From: Chiloscyllium plagiosum
Lineage: Eukaryota
Reading direction: 5' to 3'
Assembly (NCBI RefSeq): GCF_004010195.1
Contig: NC_057719.1
Location: 44,396,444-44,460,443 of the forward strand
DNA: 64,000 bases
Shown here: piece by piece, positions 12,066-24,540 of the stretch
How positions within the stretch are numbered: position 1 is the stretch's first letter
Layout of the letters: each line of letters opens with the position of its first letter
Notes under the pieces: generated by a model
The model's database searches: none
Told to the model about the DNA's origin: nothing
What the model saw: the letters and a program-made list of their open reading frames with translations, nothing else
Program-made: the position numbers and the translations under genes

Positions 12066-14719
12066 TTATTAATCAAAGAAGTTATCACTTTTTTGATTAC
12101 CCCCTTCTTTTTCAAGCTGGCCTTGTCATTCTCATCTATTTCAGATCATACTCTCTTAGAAAACATCCTAACCTTGTGAACACATCTTTGTACTCAGCCA
12201 GGGTGTGTTCCATGGTCAATCATTTAGTGTGCAGTGACACAATGCAAATCTCTTTTGGCACATTGAGGGTTACTAGTCCAATCTTTAGACTTGCTCCTGA
12301 CTATATTTGCTCATCTTATTGCAAATGATTTGCAGTGTGATCTGTCCTCTCGTCATATAGCCTTAACCTTACTTTTGAGGCCTTCATTTTAGGATCATCA
12401 TACTGTGCCATTTTGCACAGGTCTATGATAGTCATGATGTTGCATGGCACACCAGTGTTTGATATTTTATATTGATTTGATGTTATCCTTCTGCAATCCT
12501 CATCTCAACATGTTTTACCTTTTGACTGAACAATGCTGAGGGTTAAATCCTCACCTCCAGGCTGCATGCCAACACTGGAATTCTCTAACTCTCTGCTAAA
12601 TGACTTGGTGCAAACCTGGAATCGCTAGCTCATTTCTTTTACAATGTTCTCCTGGGAAGGAGATCCTTAAAATGAATCACTTACTTTAAAGGTCATTTGT
12701 GCATTGCCTGCAGACAATTTACAAGTACTTCTTATTTCTCAATAGAAAGATAATTTTGTCAAAATGCTCTACAGATTGCTTTGAAAGGTTTAATAAATTC
12801 CTTATAAATTATGTAATACAATCAGTAATCAAACAGTAACCAGTTGCGATGAAATCAATGTATATAAAGGTACAACCAAATTGCAGCAATTATCCATCAC
12901 TTTTGCATCGAATGAGCGCCCTGCAAGTAATTTCAGTCTCCTGTTGCGTTAATAGAAAATCAGTGAAACTGTTAACAGTTCTTTGTGATGCCCATATGAA
13001 TCTCATACTTAGTTAAAGTACATAAGCTACTTCACTGTTTTCTAGCAATAGTGTCCAACCCTGGCCTGAATTAGAACATAAACTACATCGGTATCACTGT
13101 TCCCAAAATCAATAATAAAGGTTCTAAGATTGTTTCAATCAGAAGGTTAAATGCAAAATGCTGGAGTTTCATAGAGTGCAATCATCCATGGGTGGAACTT
13201 TACCCTCCCTGGTGTAGGGTCAGCAATGTCTGCATGTATATTGTTTGGAAATACAGTCCAGAAAATGCAAGTTTGGATGATCAGACATTGCTTTCACAAA
13301 TCAAAGGCAAGGTGGAATTTTGGTCACTTAATGATTACACAATAGCATATACATTGCTGAAAGTTAGATTTTGATACTTTTGTGGAATACATTGACAGAG
13401 GTCTCAGGGAGGCAATGTAACTGCTCAGTAACAGGGTTTGGATTGGCTGCAAGTAGCAGCTGGACACTAAAGTGACATATATGCTACCAGCATCTTTTAG
13501 CAGAGAGGGTTATCATGTTCAGTTAGAGGCTGCCAGTCCCTGTGGCTTGCATTATGTATAGAGGGAGAGTCAGGCAGTATGTCATACTGGGAAGAACTGA
13601 ATAGACACCGTGCTGCACCATACAACGTTAACATCATACCTACAGCACATGCCAGGAGCTTATATGCCAAGCACACTGCATATGCTTCAAGGAAACTGTG
13701 TAATTTGAAGGGACAGTCCTTAGTGGAGTCAAGGAAGCTATGATTAATCGGGGGTAGCACCACAGTCAGTCACAGGTCTTGTCCAATTTCAGTCCTGGAA
13801 GCTGTCTACGGTCAGTCAGGTGTGTGGTGCTAGCAGAGTCCAAGGATCAACATCTTTGCAGTCCAGGGATTCGGCCCCGCTCAATTCTGCAGTGTAACCT
13901 GTTAGGGATTGCAGGTAGGTCATTTGGATTGCTGTGGAGACACTGGTCTAGGGCTGGGCAATGCTCAGTTGGAACTGTCTTCCCAAGTTAGACTGGGCTG
14001 GGGAAGAGAGCTTGCACATATCTGGGGGCTTTGGTTAATAATGCATTTATCAGAAAGTCCATGGATTTCTTGGAAAGGCAGGTTACTCAAGCATAAGGAT
14101 AGACTTAACTGTATTTGGTCGCAAAGGGAATGGTGACAATTTTAGTTGTAGGGTGGGATCTCAGTCAATGGGCAGAGGGTGTGAGCTCAGAGTTCAGGAT
14201 GGGGGTGCAATTTGCATAGTTCATAGTCAATCTGACCTCTACATGGGGTGGATTTTGACTCAACAAGAAATGGGAACTGACAATATCATGGGCTCAGGGG
14301 GGTAAAGTAATTATTATATGATAATTGTCATATGAAAGCACAAGTGGAAATGGGGTGGGAGAGGAAGGCTAAAATGTCATTGGGGCCACAGGGAAAGCAT
14401 CACAAAAGGGAACATGAAAGATAAGAGAAAATGATCTGATGGAGACTGCAACTCACAAATACACTCGGTTAAAACAGTGCCATGCCAGATCTGAAGTTAA
14501 CTGCACAATTACTACACAAAATGGTTGACACAGCATGCAAGGAAGGTTGTTTGGGAGCGGAGTAAAACTCTTGGAATTGGAGGCCCTGCTTGGGACACTG
14601 TATCAATGATACATCCATTGATTCAATGATGTCACCTATCTGGCTTCCATTTTAACTTTATCAGCAGGCTATTCATTGCCCAAGGATGTGCTTTCAAAAT
14701 CTTGGCCTCAGGAGCATCA

Positions 14720-15170
14720 CATTGTCAGATTAATTGTCTCTGTTTTACATTAGCAAGGTTACTGTAATCAGTCAAAGGTACTTAAAAGACGACTGAATGT
14801 TCCTATTTCACAGTAACCTGGGATGTTTCATCCCTGTTCATCCGTGGAGACATGACAGTGATGTGCTCAGAGTGTGTCCCTGAGTTGAATCTAGAGAACA
14901 TATTCACTGCAGTGTCTCACAAAATTGGTGGAGCAAGGGTCTGCATTTTACCATGGATTTGAAATCTTTAAACTTGTGTTCTATTTTGCATTTGTTTTGC
15001 AAAGTAAGCTTGCTTTATTTTAAAACCAAATCATCAGTAATGCATGGTTGTGTTTCATTAAAAGATCGCATCATTAAAATGAAATAAAATACAACAAAAC
15101 ATGATATATCAAGTCAGATTTCAATCTAGAGTCTGGCTTGTCGAGTAATAACATCAGCTGGAATCATAAC
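14720..15170 (+). mobile_element. Possible solo LTR fragment
   Basis: AATAAA-containing segment ending CAGCTGGAATCATAACA, an LTR-like 3' terminus; 5' end not defined. Confidence 0.35.
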
Positions 15171-15179
15171 ATACTGAAG

Positions 15180-15630
15180 TCTTGTGCTCCAGAATTAGCT
15201 ATACCCCTATCCCAAGCAGTTCTAGCACAGCCATAACACTGGCATCTACCCGACAATATGGAAAATTGCCCATGTCATGGATAGAAAAGGAGGATAGATG
15301 TAACTGCTCCTTCAATTGGCAGGAAAGTGATGGAAGGGGTCATTAACAGTAACCTACTCAATGATGCTCAGTTTGGGATCTGTCAATTCCATTCAGCTCC
15401 TGTCCTCATAACAGCCCTGTTCGAAACAGGGAGAAAAGATGTGAACTCAAGTTGACTGTCCTTGACATCAAAACAGCATTTGACTGAGTATGGCATGAAT
15501 GAGTCCTAGAAAAACTAGAATAATGGAAAACAAAAGGAGAAAATTCTCTGCTGACTAAAATCACACCGGGCAGAGACAATGGTTATGGTTGCTAGAGGTC
15601 AATCATCTCACCCCAGGATGTCACTATACA
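15180..15630 (+). mobile_element. Old CR1/L2-group LINE RT fragment
   Basis: GGCATCTACCCGACAATATGGAAAATTGCC and CTTGACATCAAAACAGCATTTGACTGAGTATGG (LDIKTAFD*VW); same family as 48720-50100. Confidence 0.7.
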
Positions 15631-16374
15631 CATTACGCAGTGGCGCTAAAGAAAGCTTTGGGCAACGGGTGAAGGCAGCTCTTTCCCACTGCTAACTGTG
15701 TGATAATTGATGGAGAATTGAGTGTACATGGGGAATAAGTAATCAGTGTGCTGGAGTTGTGCGCTTTGTGAGTTGAAATAAAACTCTGACTATAAAAGTA
15801 TATGCCTGGAGTCAGTGATCACAGGGGATATTTAGCGGTTTTTCAGTCAAATTTTATGAAACAAGCACTATTCTAAGCAAAGAGCAATTTGGAGAAAACA
15901 TCAGACAGTTGGCTGTTCAAAAACTAAAGAATTGGGCATGATTACCTACCAGCTCTCTGAATACAAACATTATATCCAGTAGAATAATGAAGTAGCTGTA
16001 TGTTACTTCTTTGACAATAAAGAGACAAAACATGTTTTTTGCTCTCCCACTGCCAGACAAAAACAGGATAAGAAGCAAAGGTTTTTTTTTAAACCCGAAC
16101 TGGAGACTGATGATCTGGACATAATTGAAGGTTTGGACAAATTATTAACGTTCATGGATGAAATTTATCAAAAAGGTATTTTATTAACTGCCTTGGAGGT
16201 ATGGTCGCATTTTGACAAATTCAAAAAGGTGAAGATTGTTCTACTGAAGACTGCATACTGGAATTCAATAAATTATAACAAGACTGCAGAAATAATTCTT
16301 GGAAATTATCTTTTGTGTTCACCTTTAAGTCGTTATTGTGTTCCAAAACATCAACTTTAGATAAACTTCTAAGG

Positions 16375-16487
16375 CCTATTTAGTGCAGTTTTAGTGTCTC
16401 TGCCTTTGAGCCAGAAGACCTACACATTCAAGTTTCACAAGCTCCAGATATGTGCAATACCATCTCTCAACAGGTTGAATAGAAAAT
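16375..16487 (+). mobile_element. Short tRNA-related SINE inserted in the Copia gag
   Basis: Similar to 38975-39090 and 41855-41965 (TTCAAGT...GCTCCA...GTGCAATA..ATCTCT.AACAGGTTGA.TAGAAAAT). Confidence 0.55.
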
Positions 16488-18037
16488 GTCTGGACAGATT
16501 TGTAATTTTGAAAGGAGTTAAGTTTGTAGATAAACCCACACTGTTACAACAAATTTCAGAAGCACTAAAAAAACCTGAAAGCAATGTTTGTGGAGCAAAT
16601 GGACAATCCACTTTGGGCTGAAATTGGAGGACACAATGTTATCATTGTTAAACTGTCTAGAAAAAGGATGCAGACAACAGTGAGAAAAAATAATTTTAAC
16701 GAAGAGATATTAGGCCACAAAACCTTCCAATGAGTTTGAGAAGTGAAGAGAATTTGGGGTTTACAATAAAAGAGCTGACCCCAGAAATGCCCAGGATATA
16801 ACAATTGATTGTTCTGGTTCAATTCTAAGTACACTGTGCCACAAACTGTTGCAAAGATGAGAGTATTTGAGACCAAACATGAAAAGATTCAGAAGAAGAA
16901 GATTGAGTTATGGATCTAAGGGGTCATTGTACTGGTCATGAGAAATTTCAGCCTAATGCTGAAATCAGTGGTAGTATCTTTCAATTGTGCAGTATTAGTC
17001 AGTGGGTGCAGACACTGGGTGCACATCTACAGTGTATGGAATAGAATCACTAAGATAGCTAGGCTCTGAGTAATAGGATTGGGACAGAGATCCTAACATT
17101 ATTGAAGGGAAATTTGAAAACCCCAGTTTCAGATCTGGGGATAAAAGCAGTAGCCATTCATGCATGAATAAGTGAATGGTTCATAAAAATTTGAAGGATC
17201 AACCTTTGCACTTGCATGTGCTGTTCATGCTAAGAATTTGCTGCAAATGGCAGATGTAGTCCATGTTAACTAGTTTTTTGGTAGGTATCCTAAATTTCTT
17301 TTGGTAATTAGTGATCAGTCAACAATTTGGAAAGGGAGCACCATAAGCATTTCATTTTTCGAACATTTGAATGCACTGCACACAGGCAGAAAAGCCTTTC
17401 ATTAAAGCCCAAGTATCCAATACAATTTGGTGAGCCTCAAAACATTTTGCAAGGCCAATAGAAATCAGTTTCATCAAGAAGATATTATTGTTATAAAACA
17501 GAAGGGAAGCCCAGGAAAGGGTATTAATAAATACAGAAAAATAATAATTGTACAATAAAGATACTAGATTGATTGAGTATACACTTCAAAGTTGCTTGGT
17601 ATGGATTATAAATTGGTAGATTCTAAAAGAGTTACTGCAAGTAACAAGGAATCAGGTACTTTGCATAACCTAATAAATAGCTATGAAGATCAGGCTGTCA
17701 CAGTTGACATGTTTTCTGATGAAGGGCAGATTCAATCTAAAGATCAAAATTAAACCATTGGTTCCAAAAGACATCTACAGCAGCAGCAACTCGAAGGGCA
17801 GGAGCTTGCACCAGGGGTACCGGGAGTCACTGATTTGAGCATTTAAGAACTTACCACGAGCGCGGGAGTCCTCCATTTCTGGTTTTCAGCGGCAGCAGCA
17901 ACTCGAAGGTCGGGAGTGTGCACCAGGGGCCTGCCGGGAGTGGTGAGTCACTGATTTGTGCTTTTAAATTTGAAGTCAGACAGCAGAGGTTTCTGGGAGA
18001 GGAGGAAATTCTTATTTTTGTTTCCATCCTGCTTTGT

Positions 18038-18353
18038 GGGCGGCACGGTGGCACAGTGGTTAGCACTGCTGCCTCACAGCGCCTGAGACCCGGGTTCAAT
18101 TCCCGCCTCAGGCGACTGACTGTGTGGAGTTTGCACGTTCTCCCCGTGTCTGCGTGGGTTTCCTCCGGTTGCTCCGGTTTCCTCCCACAGTCCAAAGATG
18201 TGCAGGTCAGGTGAATTGGCCATGCTAAATTGCCCGTAGTGTTAGGTAAGGGGTAAATGTAGGAGCATGGGTGGGTTGCGCTTCGGCGGGTCGGTGTGGA
18301 CTTGTTGGGCCGAAGGGCCTGTTTCCACGCTGTAATGTAATCTAATCTAATCT
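18038..18353 (+). mobile_element. HE1-like V-SINE, young full-length copy inside the CR1 5' UTR
   Basis: GGGCGGCACGGTGGCACAGTGG start, B box GGTTCAATTCC, V-domain, (TAATC)n tail. Confidence 0.95.
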
Positions 18354-20690
18354 GAAAGTAAGTCAGTGTTTTCTCAACCCGAGACCCTACCTTAATAGGG
18401 CCTCCCACCCAACCACCCCCTTTAACCTTAAAGACCAGAGACATATCAGGTAAGCGTCTCTTTTTTACTTTGTGACTAAGGGACTAGCAGGGATGGCAGT
18501 GCAGGGAGAGCAAGGTTCCGCCTGCATGATGTTTGAGGTCAGGGACGCCATTTGTGTCCCATCCAAGTACATCTGCAGGAAGTGCACTCAACTCTCGCTC
18601 CTCCAAGACTGTGGTAGGAAACTGGAGCGGGAGGTGGATGAACTTTGGATCATTTAGGAGGCAGAGGCTGTGATAGATAGGAGTTACAAGGAGGTAGTTA
18701 CTCCTAGGCATGAAGAAAGCTGGGTGACTGTTCGAAAGGGGAAAAAAGTCAGTGGAGGGATCCCCTGTGGTCGTTCCCCTGAAAAACATGTGTACCATTT
18801 TGGATACAGTTGAGGGGGACGACTTACCAGGGGTATGCAATGGGGCCCAGGTCTCTGGCACAGAGCCTGTCCCTGTTGCACAGAAGAGAAGGAGGGAAAG
18901 GAGGAGAGTGTTAGTCATTGAGGTCTCAATAATTAGAGGCTCAGACAGAAAGTTTGTTGGGAACGAACAAGACTCAGGATTGGTGTGTTGCCTCTCAGGA
19001 GCCAGGGTCCGTGATGTCTCTGATCGTATCTTTGGGGTCCTGAAGGGTGAGGGTGACCAGCCTCAAGTCGTTGTCCATGTAGGTACCAACGACATAGGTA
19101 GAAAGAGGGACAGGGATGTAAGGCAGGATTTCAGGGAGCTAGGGTAGAATCTGAGAGCTAGAACAAAGAGAGTTGTTATCTCTGGTTTGTTACCCGTGCC
19201 ATGTGATAGCGAGGCAAGGAATAGGGAGAGATATCAGCTGAACACGTGGCTGCAAGGATGGTGCAGGAGGGAAGGTTTCAGGTTTTTGGATAATTGGGGC
19301 TCATTCTGGGGAAGGTGGGAACTGTACAAACAGGACGGTCTTCACTTGAATCAGAGGGGTACTAATATCCTGGGTGGGAAATTTGCTAGTGCTATTTGGG
19401 TGGGTTTAAACTGGCTCAGCAGGGGGATGGGAACCAGAGGTGCAGTTGCAGTGCACAGGAGGATGAAAGTAGGAAGGAGAGGGACAGGACTTCAGGGTCA
19501 CAGGAATGTGCTGGCAGACAGCAAACTGCTTTGAAATGTGTCTACTTCAACACCAGAAGTATCCGAAATAAGGTTGATGAGCTTGCAGCATGGATAGGTA
19601 CCTGGGACTTCAATGTCGTGGCCATTTCGGACTCATGGATAGAGCAGGGTGAGGAATGGATGTTGCAGGTTCCAGGATTTAGATCTTTCATTAAAAACAG
19701 GCAAGGCGGTAAAAGAGGGGGAGGTATGGCCTTGTTAGTCAAAGATATACAACAGTGGCTGAGAGAATTTTTGACGAGGACTTGTCTACTGAGGTAGTGT
19801 GTGCTGAGGTTAGAAATAGGAGAGGAGAGGTCACACTGCTTGGAGTTTTTTATAAGCCTCCGCAGAGTTCCAGGGAGGTGGAAGAGAGGATTAGCAAAAT
19901 TATTCTGAGTAGGAGTGAAAGGAACAAGGTGGTCATTATTGGGGATTTTAACTTCCCCAACATTGACTGGAAATGTTATAGCTCTAGTACGTCAGATGGA
20001 TGAGTTTTTGTCCAATGTGTACAGGAGGGTTTCCTGACAATATGTCGAAGGGCCAACAGGGGAGACCACACTAGATCTGGGATTGGCAATGAACCAGGCC
20101 AGGTGTTTGATTTAGTTGTAGGTGAGCACTTTGGAGAGAGTGACCATAATTCAGTTACGTTTAGTTTAGCGATGCAAAGGGATAGGTACATGCTACAGGT
20201 CAAGAGTTATCGATGGGGCATGTGATTAGGCAAGAATTAGGATGCATAGAACGGTGTAGCAAAATGTAGGGGATGCAGACAATCGAAATGTGGAACTTGT
20301 TTAAGGAACAGATATTGCGTGTCCTTGATAGGTATGTTCCTGTCAGGCAGGAAGTGATAAGGTAAGGGATCTGTGGTTTACTACAGAAATTGCATCTCTT
20401 GTTAAGAAGAAGAAGGAGGCTTATGTGTTTATGAGGTAAGATGATTCAGATGAGGCGATGGAGAGTTAGAGATCAGCTAGGAAAGATTTAAAAAGAGAGT
20501 TAAGAAGAGCAAAGAGAGGACACGAGCAATCTTTAGCAAATAGAATAAAGGAGAACCCTAAAGCTTTCTATAGGTATGTCAGGAATAAAACGATGACTAG
20601 GGTAGGAATAAGGCCAGTCAAAGACAGAAGTGGGAAGTTGAGTGTGGACCCTGTAGAGATCAGAGAGGTTCTAAATGAACATTTCTCATC

Positions 20691-21787
20691 TTGTTCTCAC
20701 CTTTCACCCCACCAGCCTTCACATGCAAAGAATAATCCTCCACCATTTTCGCCAACTCCAACACGACGCCACCACTAAACACATCTTCCCTTCCCTCCCC
20801 GTCTGCATTCTGCAGAGATCGTTCCTTCCGGGACAACCTAGTCCACTCCTCCATCACACCTGACAACTCTCCCATCACACATGGCACCTTCCCATGCAAT
20901 TACAGAAGGTGCAACACCTGCCCCTTTGCCTCTTCCATGCTCACCATCCAAGGCCCCAAACACTCATTTCAGATTAAGCAGCATTTCACTTGTACCTCTT
21001 TCAATTTGGTCTATTGCATTCGTTGTTCCCAATGTGGCCTCCTCTATATTGGACAGACAAAACGCCAACTGGGTGATTGCATACAGACCGAAGGTGCTCA
21101 GCAAAGCAATCAGGTCCCGGACCTTCCCGTGGCTTGCCACTTCAACATACAATCCTGCTCCTATGCCCACACGTCTGTCCTTGGCCTGCTACAATGTTCC
21201 AGTGAAGCTCAACGCAAACTGGAGGAGCAGCATTTCATCTTCCGACTAGGCATGTTACAGCCTGCCGGTCTCAACATTGAATTCAACAACTTCAGATGAT
21301 TATCCCATCTCGACCCCTCTGTTTCCATTCTGCTCTGTAATTTTATTTCATTTATTTTATTTATTTTTAAAAATTTTTTTCACTGTTCTGTACCTCTTAT
21401 TTCTTGATTGTCTCTCTTTCTCTCGCTCCCCACTCTCTCGGCACCTTTTTCCTTTCCTCTTCCCCCTTTGCTACCCTTCTCCCGTGTTTTCCATTTTGCC
21501 TCTGCTTCACCCATCCCCCACATATTTTGTCACAAAGCACTGGCTTCAGGTTTGGTCATTCACAGCTCCCAATCTCCCTATAATCTCTCTATGCACTGTA
21601 TCACCTCTTTATTGCTACCTTTGCTTCTGGAGCCATGACTCACCTTCTCTCAGCCGAGTATAACTACCTCCATATTTCTCCTTTTTTTAGCTTTGACAAA
21701 GGATCAGTTAGACTCTAAACATCAGCTCTTTTCTCTCCGTACAGATGCTGCCAGACCTGCTGAGAATTTCCAGCATTTTCTCTTTTG
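20691..21787 (+). mobile_element. 5'-truncated Penelope-like element with GIY-YIG endonuclease, inserted in CR1
   Basis: CNYRRCNTC zinc motif, FTCTSFNLVYCIRCSQCGLLYIGQTKRQLG...LQPAGLNIEF; 10-bp TSD ATTTCTCATC at 20681-20690 and 21788-21797. Confidence 0.92.
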
Positions 21788-23684
21788 ATTTCTCATCGGT
21801 GTTCACTCAGGAAAAGGAGTATATTGTAGAGGAGAAGAATGAGGTACGAAATATTAGACTAGAAAGGATTGAGGTTAGTATCAATTCTAGAACTTCTGTT
21901 GTAGGAAAGGTTTTGGAAAGGATTATAAGAGATAAGATTTATAATCATCTAGCAAGCAACAATTTGATTTCAGATAGTCAATGTGGTTTTGTCAAGGGCA
22001 GGTCGTGTCTCAAAAACCTCAGTTTTTTGAGAAGGTGACCAAGCACGTAGATGAGGGTAGGGCAGTTGACGTGGTATACATGGACTTCAGTAAAGCCTTT
22101 GATAAGGTTCCAAATGATAGGCTGATGGAGAAAATGCAGAGGCATGGGATTGAGAGTGATTTAGCAGTTTGGATTAGAAACTGGCTTTGTGAAAGAAGGC
22201 AGCGAGTGGTGGCGAGTCTGGAGTCCAGTTACTAGTGATGTGCCACAAGGGTCTGTTTTGGGACCACTGCTGTTTGTCATTTTTATAAATTACTTTGATG
22301 CAGGCACAGGTGGATGGATTAGTAAATTTGCAGACGACACTAAGGACAGTTGGAAGAACGTTACAGGTTGCAGGGGAACTTGGATAAACTGCAGAATTGA
22401 GCTGAGAGGTGGTAAATGGAGTTCAATGCAGCTAAAGGTGAGGTGATGCACTTTGTGAAGAATAACAGGATGGCAGAATACTGGGTCAATAGAAAGATTC
22501 TTGGTAGTGTGGATGTGCAGAGGGATCTTGGAGTCCATGTGCATAGATCTCTGAAAGTTGCCACCCAGAAGGATAGTGCTGTAAAGAAGGCATAAGGTGT
22601 GTTAGATTTCATTGGTAGAGGGATTGAGTTCCGGAACTGCAATGTCATGCTGCAACTATACAAAACACTGATGCGGCCACACTTGGAATATTGTGTACAG
22701 TTCTGGTCGCCCCATTACAGGAAGGATGTGGAAGCAATGGAAAAGGTGCAGAGGAGATTTACCAGGATGTTGCCTGGTCTGGAGGGAAGGTCTTATGAGG
22801 AAAAGCTGAGAAACTTGTGTCTGTTGTCATTGGAAAGAAGAAGGCTAAGGGGGGATTTGATGGAGACATACAAGATGATCAGAGGATTAGATAGGGTAGA
22901 CGGTGAAAGACGTTTTCCTAGGATGATGACGTCAGCTTGTACGAGAGGGCATAACTACAAATTGAGGGGTGATAGATTTAAGACAGATGTCAGAGGAAGT
23001 TCTTTAGAGAGAGAGTGGTAAGGGCGTGGAATGCCCTACCTGCTAATGTAGTCAACTCAGCCACATTAGGGAGATTTAAACAATCTTTAGATAAGCACAT
23101 GGATGATGATGGGATAGTGTTGGGGATGAGCTGAGAATAGTTCACAGGTCGGCGCAACATCGAGGGCCGAAGGGCCTGTTCTGCGCTGTATTGTTCTATG
23201 TTCTATGTCAAGTGGATATCTCCACAGTCAAACTTTTACTAAGAGTTACTTAATGGAGAAATGCTATTATAAGTAGAGCAGCAAAAGCACTGGAAAGTAT
23301 AACAAGTGGCTGAATGTACAGGATGAGGGGCAGGAAGTTAGGTCCATGGATTGGGAACGTGACGTATAAAAATGGAAGGAAAGAAAATGCACTGCAAACC
23401 AGAACATCGGCTCTGGGAGTGAACTTGCCTGTGGAAAGAGATCACAAATTGTTGAAAGGAATCTTATTATTTAATATCTGACTTCTATTCATTAGAGTCC
23501 AGAAAGAGGCTGAAAACAAGATGGCAAGCATTCCTTAACAACAACGAGGAAGATAGTACAGAGCAGGAATGGCTGCAGGTTTAGATGCCCATTTGCTCAA
23601 GAAATCTAAGTGGCTATGAAAAGGTCGAAGACAAACTCAGAAAAGCTGTCAAAGATAAAGAATTACAAAGCTAGAGAGAATTTC

Positions 23685-23770
23685 TGATGAAGGGCTTATG
23701 CCCGAAACGTCGATTCTCCTGTTCCTTGGATGCTGCCTGACCTGCTGTACTTTACCAGCAACACATTTTC
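23685..23770 (+). mobile_element. Penelope-derived mini-element with hammerhead core
   Basis: CTGATGA(23684-23690)-A-GGGC-TTAT-GCCC-GAAA-CGTC; flanked by the 16-bp direct repeat AGCTAGAGAGAATTTC (23669-23684, 23771-23786). Confidence 0.88.
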
Positions 23771-23895
23771 AGCTAGAGAGAATTTCAGGTGTACACAAAG
23801 ATGCCACCGAGGGAACAGCCACCCCCATTAGATAGGTGAACATACACAGAATAGGTAACTGATATTGGGACTTACTTGGCTAAAGCAAGGCTGCT

Positions 23896-24540
23896 GAATT
23901 ATAGAGTATAATAGAATTAGGTTTATTGTTATGTGTACTCAAGTACAGTGATATAGGAGTACAGTGAAAAGTGTACAAAGTCCATTCCCGGTGCCATCTT
24001 TAGGTACAAAATAGAAAAATAAAGAAATAAGTTAAAAGTTCAACATTACGCTCTTTCTATAGCCATGGGCCTGCAGTCACTCCACGGTGGGCTTTCCCTA
24101 CAAGGGCTCATTGTCCTCTGCGCTGTGCCCACACTTCCACAATGGCATGCTCTCCCTGTGCTGGGCTGAATCCTTCACCATCTGAACACAATCCAGGCTT
24201 GTCAGCCACCTCACCACTGATTGTCAAAGTGCTGCCAGCCCCAGCCATTGCCACGCTCTGGACTTTGAAGAGAAAGTGAGGTCTGCAGATGCTGGAGATC
24301 AGAGCTGAAAATGTGTTGCTGGAAAAGCGCAGCAAGTCAGGCAGCATCCAGGGAACAGGAGAATCGACGTTTCGGGCATAAGCCCTTCTTCAGGACTCTG
24401 AAGCCATTGCCACCATAACTGAGCTCTCTCCAGCAGGTAAGTAAAAAAATCTTGAAAAGCCAAAAAAAAGGAAAAGTGGATGTAATGGATGAGCCTCGGG
24501 CTTGGGAGCAGAGATGTTGTCTACTCCATTGCCACCAACT
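23896..24540 (-). mobile_element. Non-coding retroelement with a Rex/Babar-like 3' tail, inserted in the Copia RT
   Basis: Splits the Copia KARL|LARGF motif; its minus-strand 3' end ACTTTTCACTGTAC...AATAAACC resembles the Rex 3' end at ~60600. Confidence 0.55.
24271..24392 (-). mobile_element. Penelope-derived mini-element with hammerhead core
   Basis: Minus strand CTGAAGA-A-GGGC-TTAT-GCCC-GAAA-CGTC; flanks GGACTTTGAAG (24260-24270) and GGACTCTGAAG (24393-24403), a 10/11 TSD. Confidence 0.85.

Larger units (their letters stand above)
11020..12600 (-). mobile_element. Decayed Gypsy-type LTR retrotransposon pol (protease region and integrase)
   Basis: Integrase-like GISYKGNRIILKELR...HHIPDRPLMTWGVDLFTLEGTSYLVAGDYY (11241-11549) and CLKSHLSYNGILSIVMSD (11047-11235); protease-like TGVPCNIMT...KVRLRLYD at ~12350-12480. 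Confidence 0.75.
17778..23207 (+). mobile_element. Near full-length CR1 LINE (5' UTR, ORF1 zinc finger/SGNH esterase, ORF2 APE+RT), disrupted
   Basis: ORF1 ICRKC..., RRVLVIEVSIIRG, VVVHVGTNDI, DGLHLN; ORF2 [56 protein letters not shown]; tail TGTTCTATGTTCTATG ending ~23207. Stops, frameshifts and an internal deletion near 21880. Confidence 0.93.

Noticed and set aside
11777-12328. ORFs containing DCGRKPEHPEETHADTGR (also at 609, 10097, 17851)
   Set aside because: Antisense translations of the V-SINE, not genes.
13380-14710. Possible decayed DNA transposon
   Set aside because: Composition is suggestive, but no transposase motif or TIR pair could be read.
18038-18110. tRNA-like sequence with A and B boxes
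   Set aside because: SINE head continuing into a V-domain; not a tRNA gene.
21690-21730. Hammerhead at the 3' end of the nested Penelope
   Set aside because: The core reads TTGACAA...TAAAC, with mutations in both conserved boxes; not called functional.
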